From: Candidatus Dojkabacteria bacterium CG_4_10_14_0_2_um_filter_Dojkabacteria_WS6_41_15 | GTDB taxonomy: Bacteria; Patescibacteriota; Dojkabacteria; GCA-002793355 | Assembly (NCBI GenBank): GCA_002793355.1 | Contig: PFQB01000098.1 | Span: 1-32,142, forward strand | DNA: 32,142 nt | Direction: 5' to 3' | Part shown: in pieces, positions 27,712 through 32,142 of the stretch | Numbering within the stretch: the first letter of the stretch is position 1 | Layout: the number at the start of each line of letters is the position of its first letter | Translations under genes and position numbers: made by a program | Notes under the pieces: generated by a model | Databases searched by the model: none | What the model saw: only the letters and a program-made list of their open reading frames with translations | What the model was told of the DNA's origin: nothing

Positions 27712-27831
27712 ATGGCTAAAACGAAGTCATCTAGTTACGGCGTTCAGCGTCAGAAAATTGTTCCAGTAAGAAGTTACAGAACAAAAAACGGTACTAGAGT
27801 GAGAGGTCATCGAAGATCTACACCAAACTAG
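27712..27831 (+). CDS. 39-aa basic mini-protein MAKTKSSSYGVQRQKIVPVRSYRTKNGTRVRGHRRSTPN
   Basis: AGGAGG (27697-27702) 9 nt before ATG GCT AAA; 7 Arg + 4 Lys and no acidic residue; resembles the VxxYxRxxGTxVxxHxRxxP motif seen in many hypothetical proteins. Confidence 0.8.
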   Translation: MAKTKSSSYGVQRQKIVPVRSYRTKNGTRVRGHRRSTPN

Positions 27832-27935
27832 TACCAAACAGGTATTAAGGCATCTCATACGCAAATATGAGTGGTACATAATTTAACCCTCGGAAGGGTG
27901 TACCTTACCTCTATCTAAAGAAGATATTTAAGAAT

Positions 27936-28009
27936 CTCGTAGTAGCTCCAATTTGTAGAGCAATGGGCCGTTAACTCATTGGTTACAGGTGCGAATCCTG
28001 TCTACGAGA
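27936..28009 (+). tRNA. Non-canonical tRNA-Asn(GTT)-like cloverleaf (pseudo-tRNA or tRNA mimic)
   Basis: Acceptor CTCGTAG/CTACGAG, D arm GCTC/GAGC, anticodon arm ATGGG-CCGTTAA-CTCAT (GTT at 27970-27972), T arm ACAGG-TGCGAAT-CCTGT. No D-loop GG, C33, G55, A73, and no encoded CCA. Confidence 0.8.
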
Positions 28010-28249
28010 TTCTTAGTTATCTTCTTTGGGGAATTATATTAGGGACAAGTACTGGAAATTTTTCCATATCATTTATATGATAGTGCGGTAAACCTTACTT
28101 GTCAACAATGCTTATTGTAACCCACATTACCGCTCACTGTCAATACTATAGGTTAGCCATTCCCCATTATTCCTCTTAACTCCAACCTAAGTTATTTCAT
28201 TGTTTTTCTATCTCTTGCGGTCAGGGGATAGTTACCTAGAAAGATGAGG

Positions 28250-28278
28250 TTGACAGCAAGATTACAATGTTAGATACT
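28250..28278 (+). promoter_or_regulatory. Promoter TTGACA-17-GATACT before ATG 28284
   Basis: TTGACA 28250-28255, GATACT 28273-28278, ATG 5 nt later (leaderless geometry). Confidence 0.55.
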
Positions 28279-28283
28279 CATTA

Positions 28284-29011
28284 ATGGTATTGAAACTACT
28301 TGAGGTGGCAATCCTCACAATTGCACCTTTGCTTGCAAAGATTAGACTTCCGTGGTCCCCATAGTGAGTGTCTCTTCATTGCTTCTAAAAAAGGATTGGT
28401 TAGGGCTTTATCTTAGCCGATTACCCTTCCCTAAAAGCCTGTATTATTTTGTGTTTTTGTCGCGTTATTATAAGTTTTTACTAGAATACCTTTCTCTTGA
28501 ACAAATTGTGGTATTGCACCAAGGGTATGAAAAATACCTCGATTCTGAACTATCAAGTAAAGCGCTACTTGATACTCTGTTGCTAGACACATTAATATTC
28601 GCTAAGGCGTATGAAGATGATAGGACACTGGAGTTGATTTTAGAAAATTGGACGGAGACAATAGTTAAGGCTCATTCGTTCGATTTAGTAAAAAGAGCAA
28701 CTGAGGACCAAATCGTTCTGAGAGTAGAACGTGCTATTTACCTATTGTTAGATACAAGAAATCTGATGCCGAATGACGTATCGCAGTATAAACAATTTTT
28801 TACCAGCTATTACATTATGCGCCAAATATTTGATGATATTGGTGATTACGTTGATGATATGCGTAATGGGATACGTACTTTCGTTCTAGAGGTTGGAAAG
28901 GTGAAGGCAAGAGAAACGATATTGAAGCACCACTTTAATATTCAGCGATTACAGATGCCTCTATATTACAAGCGTTTAATTAATTTGTACTGTCAATATT
29001 ATCTTAAATGA
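28284..29011 (+). pseudogene. Class I isoprenoid synthase/prenyltransferase-fold protein, probably frameshifted near 28357-28360
   Basis: Asp-rich motif RQIFDDIGDYVDDMRNGIRTF in a helical protein. The N-terminal 26 codons (28284-28364) are in a different frame from the 28352-29011 body. Confidence 0.55.
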
Positions 29012-29082
29012 GGTGACGCAGTCTTCTAGTAGCTTATTAAGTAAAGATGAATTTGCGCAGATTCTGAGTTGGTGTGGAAGCA

Positions 29083-32000
29083 CTAGTTTAATGGCCACTT
29101 AGGTAATAATCCATCAATTTCTTTCATAATTCTGTCAGTATTTACTAATGCAACAATAATTCTCTGATAGTGTAGAACTTCATCAAAAGTAAGTTTCTTT
29201 CCTTTTCTATCTTTTAGCCATTTCTGAGTTGGTTGATAACCACCGATATATAAATCCCATGCAATTTGAGGAACATTATCAAAATATTGAGTATCATTTA
29301 TCCAAACCTTATTTTCTGAATACTTAAGATTAATAACTTCGTTTTCACCTGCTACTGGATATTGTGTGATTAACGAACTGCTATTTGGATGTTCCATCAA
29401 GTGATTCTGTCTAATTACTCTACCTTTTTCTACTAATGACCAGAATAGCTTTTGATCAGATGTGAATGGAATTCGTGGAAAATCAAATTTCAAGAATTCT
29501 TTGTATCGTTCTCGATATGTTGGAGAGTGAAGAATTGCGTAAACATAATCAAGCACATCCAATGGATTGAATGTCCCTTCTTTGCCTGAATCAGCGTGTT
29601 CGTGATCGGGTATAAATTGAAGCTTTAGCTTTTGTGCTATTTCAGCAATGATTTTTTCGTCAAGGTTTGGTTTGCGAGTTGAAGAATCAAGTTGGTTTTC
29701 TGAGTATAAATATAAAGGAAACATGTAATCTGAACCTTGGACACCAGGACAAGAATAGACTCGAATATCTGCGATTTCATTGGTTATATGGCATGGTGGA
29801 GAATTAAAGTCTTGTCCTCTTTTTGTAATAATTGAATAATTATCATATATCATATGACTATTAATCTTTTTGCCTGGAGTTCCAATAAATCCTTTTGAAT
29901 TACCTGAATACCATGTCCATCGTTTATCAAAAGGGCGATACAGTACTTCTTTATACAAATCCGAATGAATGTTTCTGCGGACGTCATTTACTGCATTCTT
30001 TAACTTCCAATCTCGTGTATCGTATGTGCTGTACTTGTTTTTTAAAGATATTTCATCTAGTTTATAAAAATCATTAACAACATTTTTAATATCACTAATA
30101 CTTGATTGAATACATATGCTATCTCTCTCAGTTTTTAATCCTGAACTGTACAACCTAAATAAATCTTGAATAGAAAAGTTGGCATTATTTTCTCCTGCAA
30201 GTTCAAGATTTTTATGTACAAAAAAGTATTCTGGTTCAAGATAATCAAGCTTCTTCCATTTCAATTTATTAACATTGCTTTGTAATGCTTCATACTTCTT
30301 TTCTCTCTTGCCCCACAATTCAGAATGGTAAACTTCTCCAAGTTTGTGCTTAGAACTCCTGTTTTTTACAAAAATATTGATACTTACGCCTTGCATAATA
30401 TCGAATACATTTTCATCTTTAGAACCGTCTGGCGATACTTCTTTCTTTTTTGCATTTCCATGCAAATCCAAAATATAAATCTTGTTAAATGTTTCTAGTA
30501 ATGATTTTCTCATCTGCCTGTGTGTTATTCCGTCAATAAACGAATTGTTTGAGATATACGCAATAATCCCCTCACCATTTTTTTCAATAAACCACTGAGC
30601 ATAACGAATGAACTTGATATAATCGTCATCTAAGTTCAATTTCTTCTCCTTTAGATCCTTTTTGTAATCTTTGATGAGATTTTGAATCCACTCGCCCTTA
30701 TTTGAACTACTTATTGAGTAAGGAGGATTCCCCATAACAACCATAATTGGCTTTTCCTTCTTAACCTCGTTAGCTTCCATACTTTCAGTAGTAAGCCATT
30801 GTGAAAACAAATCTCTTTGATGCGCTTCTGGTTCTTCTAGAGTGTTCGTAAGATACACACCTAAACGCTTTCCTTGCCCCTTAGATGAGTCATAACCAGT
30901 TTCTGCGAGAGTAATATCAAGTTTAAGATGAGCCATTGAGTAACTAGCCATCAGAATCTCAAAACCATGAATTCTTGGGAGTAAGTGCTCGTCAACGTAG
31001 CCTTGCCAAATACCTTGTTGGCCTTTGAATTTCGAGTTATAGATATGCTTTATTACATGATCAAGAAATGTACCAGTACCAGTAGCGGGGTCAAGTACTT
31101 GAACTCTGTGTTCCATTGCCTTTTGTTTCTTCTTGCTACCTTGTACTTCTTTTTCAACTTCAATTTTGCATGTATCTGCCAAACCATCTGTAATCCCAAA
31201 TTCAGTTTTAAGTATGTCATCGACAGCCCTTACAATAAAATCGACTACAGGTTCAGGAGTATAGTAAACACCTCTAGACTTACGCATTTTTTGGTCGTAC
31301 TCTCCAAGAAATGTTTCGTAAAAGTGAATAATTGCATCATGTCGTTTTGTTTCCTTGCCATAGTTTGCAAGGAGTTCGCGAACGTCAACATGGTTAAACA
31401 ATTCCGCAAGGTCATCAACAATCCATACGATTCTTTTATCGATGTTGTAGCCTGCGATAGTTTGAAAAAAGTTTCTAAGAAATGGATTCGATTTTGGTAG
31501 TAAACTGTTAGCTTCATCTCTGGTAAATGTATTCAAAGAATTATCATGGTATCGCGCTGCAAACATACCGTATGCTACTGTTTGAGCATAAATGTCCGCA
31601 TATTGTTCCAATGATAAATCGTGAATAAGCATTTGTTTAAATACTTCATATTGTTGTTCAACTTGTCCTTTTTCTTCTGACTCATCCTTCAATGATAGAT
31701 ACACAACATTTTTGAGCATTTTCGCCTTTTCAGCCATCAACGAAGCAAGTTCCTTGGGACTTCTAATAGAAATTGATTTTTGTGTTGTAAAATTTTTAAG
31801 GATGCTTTCGAGTAAAGGAATATTATCTGGTATTAACTCAATCGTGTTATCTATAAGTCTTGCGATAGCCACTTTCTGAATCGCTTGTCCATCAAGATAA
31901 AAGTGAAAATCCAAGTAATTAGTAAAGCAGAGATTGTTTAAGGAAGCTTTGTATCTATTGAACTGATTCTTTGTTTTAAATTCCTTCTCTAAATCAATAT

Positions 32001-32142
32001 CGACATCCTTTGCTTCAATATAACCGATTGGGGTTTTACCTTTAAGTAATACAAAGTCAGGTGCGCCAACTTTTTGTTGCTTTGGATCGTTTACTGCATT
32101 TATAGATGGATTTATAGATTCGACCAATGCCTCTAAAGCCGG
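29083..32142 (-). CDS. Fused restriction endonuclease / N6-adenine methyltransferase (Type IIG-like, Type ISP-like specificity domain, no helicase); start lies beyond the window
   Basis: PD-(D/E)xK motif GAPDF...YIEAK; FYETFL, GVYYTPEPVV, motif I VLDPATGTGTF, motif IV GNPPY; C-terminal YRPFD and DFPRIP. Frame is open to the window edge. Confidence 0.92.
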   Translation of the reverse strand, partial: PALEALVESINPSINAVNDPKQQKVGAPDFVLLKGKTPIGYIEAKDVDIDLEKEFKTKNQFNRYKASLNNLCFTNYLDFHFYLDGQAIQKVAIARLIDNTIELIPDNIPLLESILKNFTTQKSISIRSPKELASLMAEKAKMLKNVVYLSLKDESEEKGQVEQQYEVFKQMLIHDLSLEQYADIYAQTVAYGMFAARYHDNSLNTFTRDEANSLLPKSNPFLRNFFQTIAGYNIDKRIVWIVDDLAELFNHVDVRELLANYGKETKRHDAIIHFYETFLGEYDQKMRKSRGVYYTPEPVVDFIVRAVDDILKTEFGITDGLADTCKIEVEKEVQGSKKKQKAMEHRVQVLDPATGTGTFLDHVIKHIYNSKFKGQQGIWQGYVDEHLLPRIHGFEILMASYSMAHLKLDITLAETGYDSSKGQGKRLGVYLTNTLEEPEAHQRDLFSQWLTTESMEANEVKKEKPIMVVMGNPPYSISSSNKGEWIQNLIKDYKKDLKEKKLNLDDDYIKFIRYAQWFIEKNGEGIIAYISNNSFIDGITHRQMRKSLLETFNKIYILDLHGNAKKKEVSPDGSKDENVFDIMQGVSINIFVKNRSSKHKLGEVYHSELWGKREKKYEALQSNVNKLKWKKLDYLEPEYFFVHKNLELAGENNANFSIQDLFRLYSSGLKTERDSICIQSSISDIKNVVNDFYKLDEISLKNKYSTYDTRDWKLKNAVNDVRRNIHSDLYKEVLYRPFDKRWTWYSGNSKGFIGTPGKKINSHMIYDNYSIITKRGQDFNSPPCHITNEIADIRVYSCPGVQGSDYMFPLYLYSENQLDSSTRKPNLDEKIIAEIAQKLKLQFIPDHEHADSGKEGTFNPLDVLDYVYAILHSPTYRERYKEFLKFDFPRIPFTSDQKLFWSLVEKGRVIRQNHLMEHPNSSSLITQYPVAGENEVINLKYSENKVWINDTQYFDNVPQIAWDLYIGGYQPTQKWLKDRKGKKLTFDEVLHYQRIIVALVNTDRIMKEIDGLLPKWPLN

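Larger units (their letters stand above)
27511..28235 (+). ncRNA. Putative large structured RNA containing mini-ORFs and a tRNA-like domain
   Basis: Downstream of P2 with no long ORF. Helices at 27657-27682/27893-27918, 27917-27942/28002-28027, 27626-27634/28182-28190, 28027-28034/28159-28166, 28044-28051/28096-28103 and 28085-28091/28127-28133. The 3' end is uncertain. Confidence 0.6.

Noticed and set aside
27669..27719. 16-codon ORF MVHPSRLSKQEVFYNG after GGAG
   Set aside because: The SD-like sequence is only 2 nt from the ATG, and the start is buried in the 26-bp stalk.
27936..28009. tRNA as an integration (att) site of a mobile element
   Set aside because: No integrase and no duplicated tRNA 3' fragment were seen in the window.
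27511..28240. Group I/II intron, RNase P, SRP or 6S RNA as the identity of the structured region
   Set aside because: I could not find group II domain V, group I P7/S elements, RNase P GAGGAAAGTCC or the SRP loop motif, and no interrupted host gene is evident. A covariance search is still needed for formal exclusion.
1800..31517. Many 60-170 aa ORF-track entries overlapping larger genes (e.g. 2851-3369, 5856-6218, 10085-10429, 30985-31500, and 10755-11062 over the T-box)
   Set aside because: They are antisense or alternate-frame shadows of well-supported genes or RNA elements and show no motifs or initiation signals.

Overview
Bacterial chromosomal segment, standard genetic code. The gene content points to a genome-reduced Patescibacteria/CPR-type organism (inference): rpsB-tsf-frr-rseP-proS with no pyrH/uppS/cdsA/dxr between them, a SurA-like protein without a PPIase domain, almost no Shine-Dalgarno sites and many apparently leaderless genes. 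Bases 1-26.8 kb are a housekeeping backbone (dprA, topA, radC, rpsB, tsf, frr, rseP, T-box + proS, rpsU, ybeY, pth, hpf, surA-like, M23 peptidase, ftsX, ftsE, prfB, gpmI, murJ). It is interrupted by self-promoted ORFans that form two diverged paralog sets. From about 26.8 kb an AT-richer accessory region holds the most unusual locus, a ~1 kb stretch (27290-28240) that the ORF track leaves empty. It contains two consensus promoters, a ~95-nt sRNA complementary to the next transcript, and a predicted ~700-nt highly structured RNA. In that RNA a 39-aa arginine-rich mini-gene and a non-canonical tRNA-Asn-like cloverleaf each sit on a long closing stem, followed by a pseudoknotted domain. A probably frameshifted isoprenoid-synthase-like gene and a fused restriction-modification enzyme follow. 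All structures and alignments were read by eye; no folding program or database search was run.
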